Assembly: GCA_965227775.1 (NCBI GenBank)
Contig: OZ245777.1
Location: 3,232,001 to 3,296,000, forward strand
Direction: 5' to 3'
DNA from: Phycisphaerales bacterium
GTDB taxonomy: Bacteria > Planctomycetota > Phycisphaerae > Phycisphaerales > UBA1924
DNA: 64,000 nt
The notes under the pieces were generated by a model that was not told the DNA's origin, did no database searches, and worked only from the letters and a program-made list of their open reading frames with translations. Of this stretch, positions 26,706-36,020 are shown piece by piece; within the stretch, counting starts at the first letter, position 1, and the number at the start of each line of letters is the position of its first letter. The translations under genes and the position numbers were made by a program.

Positions 26706-27507
26706 GATTGAGCAACACGCGATGGCCGACCATGAGGTGGGCGAGGAGATCGCACCAGGCGTCACGATCACGCGGCGGCGCATCCTGCAAGTTGGCCTGG
26801 CTGGCGCCCTCGGCGTGAGCGCCGCCGGCTTGCTCGCGGGATGCGCCACGAGAGCGAGGACGAACGGCACGAGCGAATCTGACGCGAAGCCGATGACAAT
26901 CGACCAGCTGATGGCCGATCTGAGGCCGCGAGCCCAGAAGATGATTGCCTCGGACAATCCCGACGAGGCGTCCTACCTCTCGGCGGTGTCGATGCTTCTG
27001 GCCCGCTACCAGCCCGAGGAGCCGTGGCGGCTGCGCGACCCCGGCCAGCGCGGCTTTAGCATCAACACGCTGGGATGGATGCCGCCGGTCGTCGTCTTCG
27101 ATATTCGCATGGAGCCGGGCTCGACGATCCACCTGCACGATCACCGCCACTACAACGGCGTGCTGCAGTGCCTCGAGGGCGAAGTACGGTGCCGAAACTT
27201 CGATATCGTCACCGACGCAACCCAGCCCGGCGCCCCGGCCCTGGACATCGCCGCCGGCGAGGTCCCGCCCGTGGGTCAGGACTTCCTCATCCGCCAGAAC
27301 GCCGATACCGTGCTTACCCGCGGAAAGCTCTCAACGCTGTCGCGCGACCGTGACAACATCCATCACGTCGAGGCAGGGCCCGATGGATGCAAGCTCGCCG
27401 ACGTGTTCACGTACTTCCGTCGCGAGGCCCGCTCATACGAGCTGGCGTGGGACGCGCAGCCCACGACGCGCAACGGCGACACGTACAAGGTGGCGTGGAA
27501 GGCCTGA
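26683..27507 (+). CDS. Tat-lipoprotein cupin, thiol dioxygenase (ADO/PCO/CDO)-like
   Basis: GAGGAG RBS; TRRRIL-hydrophobic-LAGC signal; IHLHDH and RDNIHH 3-His cupin motifs. Confidence 0.75.
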   Translation: MQFWTLDEIEQHAMADHEVGEEIAPGVTITRRRILQVGLAGALGVSAAGLLAGCATRARTNGTSESDAKPMTIDQLMADLRPRAQKMIASDNPDEASYLSAVSMLLARYQPEEPWRLRDPGQRGFSINTLGWMPPVVVFDIRMEPGSTIHLHDHRHYNGVLQCLEGEVRCRNFDIVTDATQPGAPALDIAAGEVPPVGQDFLIRQNADTVLTRGKLSTLSRDRDNIHHVEAGPDGCKLADVFTYFRREARSYELAWDAQPTTRNGDTYKVAWKA

Positions 27508-27549
27508 GACGCGTCACCTCGGCTGACCCGGCGTGAGATGTGTGTGCGT

Positions 27550-29241
27550 TCAGCCGCAGCCCGCGTCAAACGCCGTCTGGAATGCGAGGAAGTCGAAGAT
27601 CGTCAGCTCGCCATCGCCGTCGAAGTCCACACGCAGGTCGCCCGCGTCGAACGCGGCCTGGAATGCGAGGAAGTCGAAGATCGTCAGCTCACCGTCGCCG
27701 TCGAAGTCGGCCGGACACAGGCCACCGAGGAGCGAATCGACGGCGGCGGCCATGTCGGGCAGCGGCCCGATGTTCCCGCCCGCTCCTTGTGGCTTTCCGG
27801 TGTCCATGAGCAGCTGGCGCAGCTCGAGGGGGTCCATCGGCTCGCCGGTCGCTGCGCGGTGGATGCCCTGCAGGCTGACGACCGCCGAGGCCACGATGGG
27901 GCTGGCCGAGCTGGTACCGCTAAAGAATCGTGTGTACGACTGGCGCTCGTCGCCGCCGATCACGATGAAGTCGCCGTAGCCGGCGGTGAACACGTTCTGG
28001 CCCCAGGCCTGCACGTTAACGCGATCGCCGTACGTGCTGAACCACAGCGTGCTGCGAGCACCGGTAGATGTGCCAGCACCGACGATGATCGCGCCACTAT
28101 CGCCGCGACTGCGATACTCGGCGTATACCGGCGAGTCGAGATCTTGGGTACCGTTGCCCGCGGCCGCCACGATGGAGATGCCGCGATCGGTGCCCACGTT
28201 CGTCACCAGCCACACCGAGGGATCAAGCTCGGCCGGGCCGTAGTCGCCGCCCGGACCCGTGATCTGCATCTCCAGCAGCACCACGTCGCCCGCGCCCATC
28301 GTGCCGATGGCGCGCGAGATCGCCGGCACACGCCTGGGACCGCTCTCGGACCACTCGGGAAAGAAGTACGCCTGAGCATCGGGCACCAGCCCGGTCACGC
28401 CATAGCCGTTGTCGCCGCCGACCATCTGGCCCAGCACGGCCGTCCCGTGCTCAAACCAACGCTCGGTGATGACCCACGCGGGTGGTGACTGGCCGGGCTC
28501 GGGGATGACGTCGCACAGGTCCTCGTGCTCGCCGTCGAACCAGTACTCGCAGTCGGCAACGTTGACGCCCTGGCCGCGGCCGCCGGGCACGCCCCATGCC
28601 GCGGGCATATTGATGCCGAAGTCCTCGCCGTGGTAGCCCTGGAGATTAAAGAAGTCGCCCGTGCTCGGCGCGATGTCGAAGCACGCGTCGGGATCGCCAC
28701 CAAAGTAGCCGGGCGGCGTCGGCCGCAGCTGCTCATAGTGAACGTACTCGGTCAGGTCGCTGGCGTGCAGCACCCGCGCGATGGCGTCGAGCGCCACGCC
28801 GCCAGCACGAACGACCATGATGCCCGCGAGGTCTGGCTGGGCCCGCCCGCTGCGCGCCGCCGCATCGGCAAGCATCGCGTCGAGTTCGGCTTGGGGAATG
28901 TCGATCAGCGGACGAAACGCGATGGCGGCATCACCCGCTCCCTGAAGCGCAGCGAGTTCGTCAAGCAGCGGCTGCAAGTCGACGCCGGTCGCGCTATAGA
29001 GTGCGTTCTGCCTATCCACGCGGGCCCGGACGCGGTCGGCAAACTTGACCGTAAGCCGATGCTCGAACGACGGCCGTTCGGCCAGCGGTGCCTTCGTCAG
29101 AGCCACTCGCGGCTCAAGCACCGCGCCACTGCGGGCGTCATCGGCCCATGCCGGCGCGCCACACACGCCCACAGAAATGATGAATCCCGCCAGCGTTGCG
29201 ATGGTCCGCGTTTCTCGCCTGGGCTTGCTGCGCAAGGTCAT
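27550..29241 (-). CDS. Secreted S8 subtilase with C-terminal GC-type dockerin-like domain
   Basis: ADCE (Asp), EHGTAVLG (His), AAAGNG, SGTSSASP (Ser); ends CPADFDGDGELTIFDFLAFQ x2 ...GC. Confidence 0.9.
   Translation of the reverse strand: MTLRSKPRRETRTIATLAGFIISVGVCGAPAWADDARSGAVLEPRVALTKAPLAERPSFEHRLTVKFADRVRARVDRQNALYSATGVDLQPLLDELAALQGAGDAAIAFRPLIDIPQAELDAMLADAAARSGRAQPDLAGIMVVRAGGVALDAIARVLHASDLTEYVHYEQLRPTPPGYFGGDPDACFDIAPSTGDFFNLQGYHGEDFGINMPAAWGVPGGRGQGVNVADCEYWFDGEHEDLCDVIPEPGQSPPAWVITERWFEHGTAVLGQMVGGDNGYGVTGLVPDAQAYFFPEWSESGPRRVPAISRAIGTMGAGDVVLLEMQITGPGGDYGPAELDPSVWLVTNVGTDRGISIVAAAGNGTQDLDSPVYAEYRSRGDSGAIIVGAGTSTGARSTLWFSTYGDRVNVQAWGQNVFTAGYGDFIVIGGDERQSYTRFFSGTSSASPIVASAVVSLQGIHRAATGEPMDPLELRQLLMDTGKPQGAGGNIGPLPDMAAAVDSLLGGLCPADFDGDGELTIFDFLAFQAAFDAGDLRVDFDGDGELTIFDFLAFQTAFDAGCG
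27577..27690. repeat. Two identical 33-nt units, 81-bp period (dockerin EF-hand duplication)
   Basis: ctggaatgcgaggaagtcgaagatcgtcagctc at 27577 and 27658. Confidence 0.9.
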
Positions 29242-29644
29242 TCTCCCCCAAGTGTCCAACCCACGCGCCGCCACTTCGACACCGCCGCACGGACTGCGTG
29301 TGTAAATACGTACTCGATCGCGGTCGTGTTTCGCTGCGGCGAGATCGTTTGGGGCGCTTGGAGCGGTTGGAAGAGGCGACCTGGCATCGCGGAGCGTGCA
29401 CAAACCCGCCCCAGAACCAGAGTACCGAACTATCTTTCACTCTCGATCGCGTGCGAACGGGAGTGTCCTGCTTTGGATCGAAGATACCCGCTCCGACTTC
29501 GGGAACCGGAGGTCTGTTCGAGTTCTGCGTGGTGCCCAACATCCAAGGACGACAAAAAGCGATCCGAAAGCTCTTGCGATCGGTACACGTTTCTGGTATC
29601 TTGACGCAACCGTCCGACGCGGTCGTGGGTGAGGGGAGAGAGAT

Positions 29645-31654
29645 ATGTCCAACTCGAAGCACGTGCGCGCCGTTCCGGCGATCCACCAGCAAGCAGCGCC
29701 GGCAATGCTTGTATCCGCGGGGCTTGCCGTTCTCGGGCTCACTGCCCCATGCGCGTTGGCCCAGAGCACGATCGAGTGGGCGATCCCGGTGGACGGAGAT
29801 TTCGCCGTGGCGAGCAATTGGCTGCCGGCGGCGGTGCCAGGCGCGATGGACACCGCGGTGCTCGATGGCTTCGGGCCATACCTGGTCACCGTAAACGGAC
29901 TGACACCTGTTGGCACCGTCTTGCTGCAGAATCCCGAAGCATCGCTGCTCGTCCGGCCGGGCGCATCGCTCACGGTTGGCGAGCTAAGAGGCGCAGGCAA
30001 GCTGCTCATCAGCGATGGTACCAGCGACAGCCAAGCGGAACTCATTGTCGAGAACGGTGTGACGATCGACGCGAACATCCGCCTTGGTGGAACACGGACG
30101 GACCGTGCCCGGATCCGCGGGCTCGGCTCGTCGAACAGGCTCGGCCGCAACGCGGTGATCTCGGCCGAGAGCGGGGACAGTGGCTCCATCGTCGGGCCGT
30201 GGACGAGCGAGGCAACGATCATCAAGGACGGGCCCGGCACGCTGAACGCCAGCGGGCTGGACATCACCGGCGGCACGCTGCGCAGCAACAACGGCGGGCT
30301 GCTGATCCTCGGCAACGCAACTGTGACCGGCGCGACCTTCGAGGTCGGGCCCGATTCCCGGTTCGTGACCAACCAGAACACGGTCGTCTCGGCCTCGACC
30401 TTCGAGGGCGAGTTCACGATCCGCGGCGGGCAGGACATCACGTTCGGCGGCGGCGTGTTCCTGCGAGACGGCCTGATCATCAACGACCCCGGCGGCAGCG
30501 GCACCGCCAGGCTGTTTGTGGAGGATCGCGTCACGCTCAGTGGCCCCATCCGGCTGGAGGGCGCAACCTCGGGCGGGCAGATCATCGGGCTGGGCGACGA
30601 GCACTTCCTCGGGCCCGACGCGGTCATCTCCGGCGAGCGCGGGTCGATCGTCGGGCCGTGGACGAGCGAGGCGACGATCATCAAGGATGAGCCGGGCGGC
30701 TTCGGCCTCTCGGGCCTGAACATCGTCGGGGGCACGCTGCACGCCAGCAACGGCGGGCGGCTGGACATCGCCGGTGCCAGGATCCTCAACACAACCATCG
30801 AAGCGGGGCCGGGCGGCATCTTCCGCACGACGCGCGACACCAACGTGTCGGACTCAACCATCGTGGGCGACTACACGATCTTGAGCGGGCAACGCCTCAC
30901 GTTCGACTTTGGCGTGGAAGTGCAGGGCAGCCTGACCATCAACGCGCCGGGCATCGCCGCCCAGACGGAGCTTTACGTTGAGAACGGCGTGACGCTCGAC
31001 TTCCCGATCCGTTTGGCGGGCGCGGGGGGCAGCCGGCTCTTCGGGCTCGGCGACTCCCACGCGCTCGGGCCCGACGCGATCATCACCGGCGCCAACGGCA
31101 GGCTCATTGGATCGTGGAACAGCGGAGCAACGATCTCTCCCGGAGACGCGACCAGCCCCATCGGCCTGCTCGAATTCAGCGGGCCGGCACTGACACTGAC
31201 GCCGCACTCGCGCCTTGAGATCGACTTGGCGGGGACTGGCGACGACGAGTTCGACCGCTTCGAGGGCGTTGCGTTTCCCCCCGGGCCCACCACCGCCGTC
31301 ATCGAGCTCGACGGCGCTCTCGAAGTCGGCTTCGCCCACGATTTTGCGCCAGACGAGCGCGACCGGTTCGAGATCATCCGAGCGGCGGCGGTCGACGGCA
31401 CGTTCGCCAGCATCGACATCGAGCCGGTCGGGGCCGTCGGTCCAGCCCACGTCGTGTACACGGGCGACGCGGTTGTAGTCGTGATCTGCGCCGCCGACCG
31501 CGACGGCGACGGCGAGCTGACCATCTTCGACTTCCTCGCGTTCCAGAACCAGTTCGACGCGGGCGATCTGCGAGCAGACCTGGATGGTGATGGTGAGCTG
31601 ACCATATTTGATTTCCTGGTGTTCCAGAACCGCTTCGACGCCGGATGTTCGTAG
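29645..31654 (+). CDS. Secreted beta-rich repeat protein with GC-type dockerin-like C-terminus
   Basis: Signal peptide, GDFAVASNW start motif, 153-aa internal repeats, autotransporter-passenger-like LEIDLAG...FEIIRA, dockerin-like tail. Confidence 0.85.
   Translation: MSNSKHVRAVPAIHQQAAPAMLVSAGLAVLGLTAPCALAQSTIEWAIPVDGDFAVASNWLPAAVPGAMDTAVLDGFGPYLVTVNGLTPVGTVLLQNPEASLLVRPGASLTVGELRGAGKLLISDGTSDSQAELIVENGVTIDANIRLGGTRTDRARIRGLGSSNRLGRNAVISAESGDSGSIVGPWTSEATIIKDGPGTLNASGLDITGGTLRSNNGGLLILGNATVTGATFEVGPDSRFVTNQNTVVSASTFEGEFTIRGGQDITFGGGVFLRDGLIINDPGGSGTARLFVEDRVTLSGPIRLEGATSGGQIIGLGDEHFLGPDAVISGERGSIVGPWTSEATIIKDEPGGFGLSGLNIVGGTLHASNGGRLDIAGARILNTTIEAGPGGIFRTTRDTNVSDSTIVGDYTILSGQRLTFDFGVEVQGSLTINAPGIAAQTELYVENGVTLDFPIRLAGAGGSRLFGLGDSHALGPDAIITGANGRLIGSWNSGATISPGDATSPIGLLEFSGPALTLTPHSRLEIDLAGTGDDEFDRFEGVAFPPGPTTAVIELDGALEVGFAHDFAPDERDRFEIIRAAAVDGTFASIDIEPVGAVGPAHVVYTGDAVVVVICAADRDGDGELTIFDFLAFQNQFDAGDLRADLDGDGELTIFDFLVFQNRFDAGCS
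30038..31140 (+). repeat. About 2.5 copies of a 459-bp (153 aa) intragenic repeat
   Basis: IVGPWTSEATIIKD at 30188 and 30647; IGSWNSGATI at 31106; exact 459-bp spacing. Confidence 0.85.
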
Positions 31655-31739
31655 TTCGCATAGCGCTGCGTAGAGCTCGCAAGCCCCTAAGGCGTTGACA
31701 CGCGGAAGACGCCAGGCCGAGGCAACGTCGCGACACGCA

Positions 31740-32183
31740 TCAATCCGCCGCTGCGACGAGGTTCGTTTCCGCCGCCGCCCTCGTCTCAACCACCAACCGC
31801 CGCTGCGCTTCCGTCGGAAGCGAGCACTGCTCGACGCGGCCAAAGACCTTGTAGCGGTGCCGCGCGATGAACCGGTAGCAGGCGTCGCGGATGGGGCGGG
31901 GCATGATCTTGAGCATGGCCGCGAGCGACCAGGGGAACCTGAGCAGGCGGGCAATGGCGATGGCGGCGTTGCTCTCCACGCGCGCATGATCCTCGTAGAT
32001 CAGCACGATGGAGTCGATGGACTCGGAGACTTTGAAGCGTTCGAGCAGGTAGCGGCCCGCCTCGCTCTCGAGCGGTGCGTAACGGAGTAGCTGTTTCCGG
32101 TCGAGCCGGGTCAGCAGCCGCACCGTACGGTCGCAGAAGGCGCAGGTGCCGTCGAAGAGGACGATGGGGTGCGGGTCGGGCAT
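31740..32183 (-). CDS. DCC1-like thiol-disulfide oxidoreductase (DUF393)
   Basis: IVLFDGTCAFC (DxxCxxC), RDACYRFIARHRY. Confidence 0.9.
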   Translation of the reverse strand: MPDPHPIVLFDGTCAFCDRTVRLLTRLDRKQLLRYAPLESEAGRYLLERFKVSESIDSIVLIYEDHARVESNAAIAIARLLRFPWSLAAMLKIMPRPIRDACYRFIARHRYKVFGRVEQCSLPTEAQRRLVVETRAAAETNLVAAAD

Positions 32184-32250
32184 GAAAGCGCAGGGGCTGC
32201 AAATTGGCGCAAGGGCTGCGCCCGGGTCGCAGGCTGTGACTGGAGCCAAG

Positions 32251-32323
32251 AGCCGCCTGTCGGACTCGAACCGACGACCTGCGGTTTACAAAACCGCTGC
32301 TCTACCAACTGAGCTAAGGCGGC
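32251..32323 (-). tRNA. tRNA-Thr(UGU)
   Basis: Reverse complement GCCGCCTTAGCTCAGTTGGTAGAGCA-GCGGT-TTTGTAA-ACCGC-AGGTCGTCGGTTCGAGTCCGACAGGCGGCT. Confidence 0.96.
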
Positions 32324-32347
32324 GTGGGCACTCCGACGCTGCATGGG

Positions 32348-32371
32348 CCGCCGGTTGGCACGCGAGTTGAG
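32348..32371 (+). promoter_or_regulatory. sigma54-like (-24/-12) promoter upstream of the flagellar operon
   Basis: TGGCAC-N5-TTGA; 23/24 identical to 34277-34300. Confidence 0.65.
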
Positions 32372-32417
32372 TGTATCCGCCCGCGGGACGGCATCGACCC
32401 CTCCCGGGAGGCAGATC

Positions 32418-32624
32418 ATGCGCGAATCCCACGCCAGCACCCACCGGCCAGGCAGCCCCCAGAAACCCGAACTTGGCGCCGCGACCCTCCAAGAGATGCT
32501 CCGGCGCGGCGAGATCGGCGGGCAGGCGCTCGGGCTCGTCCAACTGGTCGCGGCCCAGAGCGATCAAGAGGGTCCGTGCACTCCTGCTGGCCGCTCGGAC
32601 CAGAACCTCTGGGAGTGCAACTGA
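32418..32624 (+). CDS. Putative small protein (68 aa) leading the flagellar operon
   Basis: GGAGG RBS; stop abuts the flgF ATG (TGAATG). Confidence 0.4.
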   Translation: MRESHASTHRPGSPQKPELGAATLQEMLRRGEIGGQALGLVQLVAAQSDQEGPCTPAGRSDQNLWECN

Positions 32625-33413
32625 ATGCAGCAGGGCATGCGCATCTCGGCCTCAGGGGCCCTGGTCTCGCTGTACCGTACCGACGTCGCGGCGGCCAACC
32701 TGGCAAACGTGAACACCACGGCCTTCAAGCCCGACAGCGCGACGGCCCAGGGCCGCACGTTCGTCCGGGCCGAGGATGGGCTGCCATTCATGCCTAGCGA
32801 TCCTCTCTTAGAGCAACTGGGCGCGGGCGTGCTGGCTGGGCCCCGGCGGGTGAGCTTCGAGCAAGGCCCACTGCAACAGACCGGCAACGATCTCGACCTC
32901 GCCATCGAAGGCGACGGGTTCTTCCTCGTCTCGGTCGCCACCACCGAGGGCGAGCAGACACAGTTGACACGCGACGGCCGGTTTACGCGCGACGATCGCG
33001 GCTTCCTCGTCCAGAGCACGAGCGGGCTGCCCGTCCTATCTCCCGGCGGCGGGCCGATCGTGCTGCCCGATGAGCCGGTGACCATTGACGTCCAAGGCTT
33101 CATTTACGACATCGACGGCGCCGTGCTCGGCCGGGTCGGTGTTGTGAGCGTGCCCGACCAATCTCGTCTGCTCAAGCGTGGTGAGGGGCTCTATGAGGCA
33201 CCCCAGCAGGTCTTGGATGAGGCGATCAGCCAGCCCCTGCAGAGCGGTGTGCTCGTACGACAGGGCATGCTCGAGGGCTCGGCCGTCGACCCCATCAAGG
33301 CGCTCATGGAAGTGACCAACGCCGGCAAGAGCGTGTCGAGCAACACCCGGATGATTGGCTACCACGACCAGTTGCTCGACCAGGCCATCAACACGTTCGC
33401 ACGCGTCGGCTGA
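32625..33413 (+). CDS. flgF: Flagellar basal-body rod protein FlgF
   Basis: ANLANVNTTAFK, TGNDLDLAIEGDGFF, LTRDGRF, LEGSAVD; directly upstream of flgG. Confidence 0.85.
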   Translation: MQQGMRISASGALVSLYRTDVAAANLANVNTTAFKPDSATAQGRTFVRAEDGLPFMPSDPLLEQLGAGVLAGPRRVSFEQGPLQQTGNDLDLAIEGDGFFLVSVATTEGEQTQLTRDGRFTRDDRGFLVQSTSGLPVLSPGGGPIVLPDEPVTIDVQGFIYDIDGAVLGRVGVVSVPDQSRLLKRGEGLYEAPQQVLDEAISQPLQSGVLVRQGMLEGSAVDPIKALMEVTNAGKSVSSNTRMIGYHDQLLDQAINTFARVG

Positions 33414-33452
33414 GACCCCGATTCGCTGATTTCTTGAGGAGAGACGCCGCCC

Positions 33453-34265
33453 ATGGCCGCCATCGCACTGCAATCCGCCGCCTCGGGCCTGCGAGCCCTC
33501 TCGACACGCCTCGATGTCACGGCGAACAACCTGGCCAACGTCAATACCGAGGGATTCAAGGCGAGCCGGGCGAACTTCCAAGACCTGTACTACATCGAGC
33601 GGCAGCAGCCCGGCGTCGAGACCGCGACCGGCGACCAGCGGCCGACCGGCCTCTACGTCGGCCTGGGCGTCAAGGTCAGCGGCACGCAGGTGAGCTTCGA
33701 GCAGGGCGCTCCGATCGAGACCGGCAACGATCTGGACATCTACATCGAGGGCGACGGCTTCTTCCAGGTGCAGGTCGAAGACTCGATCGCCCCGGGCGGC
33801 ATCGCGTACACCCGGGCGGGCAATTTCACGCTCAACGCCGACGGCGAGATCGTGCTAGCCAACAGCGAGGGCCGCAGGCTGGTGGACGGCATCGAGATCC
33901 CCGACGACGCGATCCGACCCATCGAGATCTCGGCCGACGGGCAGGTGTGGGTCCGTGTGCCAGGCAACGAAGCCCTGCAGTCAGTCGGCCAGATCGAGCT
34001 GGCGACATTCATCAACAACAAGGGCCTGAAGCAGTTGGGCAACAACCTTTTCGCCGAGACAGTTGCCAGCGGTGCCCCCTCTGTCGGCGCTCCGCTCGAA
34101 GACAGCCGCGGCGGCCTGCGTAACAACGCGCTGGAGTCGAGCAACGTCGATCCGACGCGCGAGCTCATCGAGCTCATCCGCACACAGCGGGCGTTTGAGA
34201 TGAACAGCCAGTCCATCCGTACGGCCGACGAGGCACTCTCGACGATCTCGCAGCTCCGCCGATAG
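33453..34265 (+). CDS. flgG: Flagellar distal rod protein FlgG
   Basis: ANNLANVNTEGFK, FQDLYY, YTRAGNF, LESSNVD, QRAFEMNS. Confidence 0.95.
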   Translation: MAAIALQSAASGLRALSTRLDVTANNLANVNTEGFKASRANFQDLYYIERQQPGVETATGDQRPTGLYVGLGVKVSGTQVSFEQGAPIETGNDLDIYIEGDGFFQVQVEDSIAPGGIAYTRAGNFTLNADGEIVLANSEGRRLVDGIEIPDDAIRPIEISADGQVWVRVPGNEALQSVGQIELATFINNKGLKQLGNNLFAETVASGAPSVGAPLEDSRGGLRNNALESSNVDPTRELIELIRTQRAFEMNSQSIRTADEALSTISQLRR

Positions 34266-34276
34266 CGACCGAGCGA

Positions 34277-34300
34277 CCGCCGGTTGGCACGCCAGTTGAG
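34277..34300 (+). promoter_or_regulatory. sigma54-like promoter upstream of flgA
   Basis: CCGCCGGTTGGCACGCCAGTTGAG in the flgG-flgA spacer. Confidence 0.65.
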
Positions 34301-34322
34301 GTTGCATGGTCGGAGAGTCACC

Positions 34323-35348
34323 ATGCGCACCTTCTACGCCATCCTGGTGGTCCTGCTCGCCGCGACGCGCGTTGCGGGGCAGGGCTCATCCACCATCACA
34401 CTGCAGTCCACCGTGCTGGCGCCCGCGGGGCAGGATCTCACGCTGGCAGACGTGGCCTCGCTACGCGGCGAAGAGGCCGAGCGGCTCGGCATCATCCGGA
34501 TCGACCTCGGTGAGATCACCGCCGACCCGGCCGGCTGGCGCAGGATCGACGCGCAGGCCCTGCGCCCCCTGCTGGAAGAGTCCAACACCAACTGGGGCGT
34601 GCTCGCGCTCCGCGGCGGGCCCTGCTACGTACGCACCATTGCGATCTCACCCGAGGGTGATGAGCCATCTGGCGAACGGGCCGGCGTCGCGGGCCCGACG
34701 ACCCCAGGCACCGTGCGGGCGCTCGCCGAACGCTGGATCGCCCAACGGTTCAACGTGCCACATCGCGACGTCGAGGTTCGCTGGACGTCGGCCACCGACG
34801 GCCTGCTCGACCATGCAACCGAGGGGCTCACGCCCTACTTCGATGACTCGGGTCTCTCAAGAACCATGCACATGGACATCGTCATGTACGACGATGATGC
34901 GGGTGTGGTCGTGCGGGGCTCTGCGAAAGCAGATGTGCGCATCCGTCGCGACGTTGCCGTCATGACCCGTAGCGTGCGGGCCCGGCAGGTCATCACTCAG
35001 GCGGATGTTCGATTCGAGCGCCGGTGGCTCGATGCCGGTGATTCGCCCGCTGCGAGCACCGCCGTGGTCGATTACGAGGCGGCGACCAACTTGAAAGCCG
35101 ACGACGTGGTCGGCGCATCAGACGTCCGCGCCGCCATTGTGATCCAGCGCAACGACCGCGTGCAGATCCGTGTCATCACGCCCACGATCACGCTCACCAT
35201 GCTCGCCCGTGCCCGTGAAGACGGCCGGCCGGGTGAGGTCATCACGTTCGAGAAGATCGCACCAACGCGAGCCGATCGGCTGCCGTTCCAGGCGCGCGTG
35301 GAAGCGCCCGGGTCGGCCGTCGTCGTGAGCAAAGGGGGAACGCTGTGA
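34323..35348 (+). CDS. flgA: P-ring formation chaperone FlgA
   Basis: Signal peptide, SAF-like region, IQRNDRV...ARAREDGRPGEVI; lies between flgG and flgH. Confidence 0.85.
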   Translation: MRTFYAILVVLLAATRVAGQGSSTITLQSTVLAPAGQDLTLADVASLRGEEAERLGIIRIDLGEITADPAGWRRIDAQALRPLLEESNTNWGVLALRGGPCYVRTIAISPEGDEPSGERAGVAGPTTPGTVRALAERWIAQRFNVPHRDVEVRWTSATDGLLDHATEGLTPYFDDSGLSRTMHMDIVMYDDDAGVVVRGSAKADVRIRRDVAVMTRSVRARQVITQADVRFERRWLDAGDSPAASTAVVDYEAATNLKADDVVGASDVRAAIVIQRNDRVQIRVITPTITLTMLARAREDGRPGEVITFEKIAPTRADRLPFQARVEAPGSAVVVSKGGTL

Positions 35349-36010
35349 GAACCCTGATTGTGATGGCTCTGGCGGCGGCAACCACCGTTTCCGCGTTCGC
35401 CCAGTCGACGAGCCAGGCAGAGTCCACTCCCGTCGAGCGCGACCCCGCCGCGAACCTGTATGGCGTCTCGTTGTTTGTCGTGAAGCCACCCGAGCCGCGC
35501 GCCTTCAAGATCCACGACATCATCACGATCATCGTCAATGAGTCGTCGACCCAAACCAGCGAACAAACGCTCGAGACGACCAAGGAAACCGAGGGCTCCG
35601 CCACACTCGGCGCGACACTCAGCATCGAAGAATTGCTCAACCTCAGGCTCGAAAACAGCAGCGTCAGCGATCTGGAGCTGCTCCGCTACGCCGCGGAACG
35701 CGAGTTTGAGGGCGAGGGCGAGTACGAGCGCACCGATCGGATCACTGACCGGCTGAGCGCCACCGTCATCGACGTGAAGCCCAACGGCGTGCTCGTGCTC
35801 GAGGCCAGGAGATTCACGGCCTCCGATGAAGAGACGAAGACCGTCATCCTGAGCGGCAACTGCCGTTCGGAAGACGTGACCGAGCAGAACACGATCCAGA
35901 GCAACCAACTCGCCGACCTGCGGCTCGAGGTCAAGCACGAGGGCGACGTCCGCAAGGCGGCATCGAAGGGCCCGCTGACGCGCTTTGTCGAGTGGATCCT
36001 GCCGTTCTGA
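35345..36010 (+). CDS. flgH: Flagellar L-ring protein FlgH
   Basis: DIITIIVNE, LSATVIDVKPNGVLVLE, LSGNCRSEDV, SNQLAD. Confidence 0.9.
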   Translation: MRTLIVMALAAATTVSAFAQSTSQAESTPVERDPAANLYGVSLFVVKPPEPRAFKIHDIITIIVNESSTQTSEQTLETTKETEGSATLGATLSIEELLNLRLENSSVSDLELLRYAAEREFEGEGEYERTDRITDRLSATVIDVKPNGVLVLEARRFTASDEETKTVILSGNCRSEDVTEQNTIQSNQLADLRLEVKHEGDVRKAASKGPLTRFVEWILPF

Positions 36011-36020
36011 GGAAGAGCCA

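Noticed and set aside
27577..27690. 33-nt direct repeat resembling a mini CRISPR
   Set aside because: Only two copies, in frame (81 bp), encoding the duplicated dockerin motif; no cas genes.
25500..32250. Island integrated at tRNA-Thr
   Set aside because: Accessory-looking content, but no duplicated tRNA 3' end or integrase was found.
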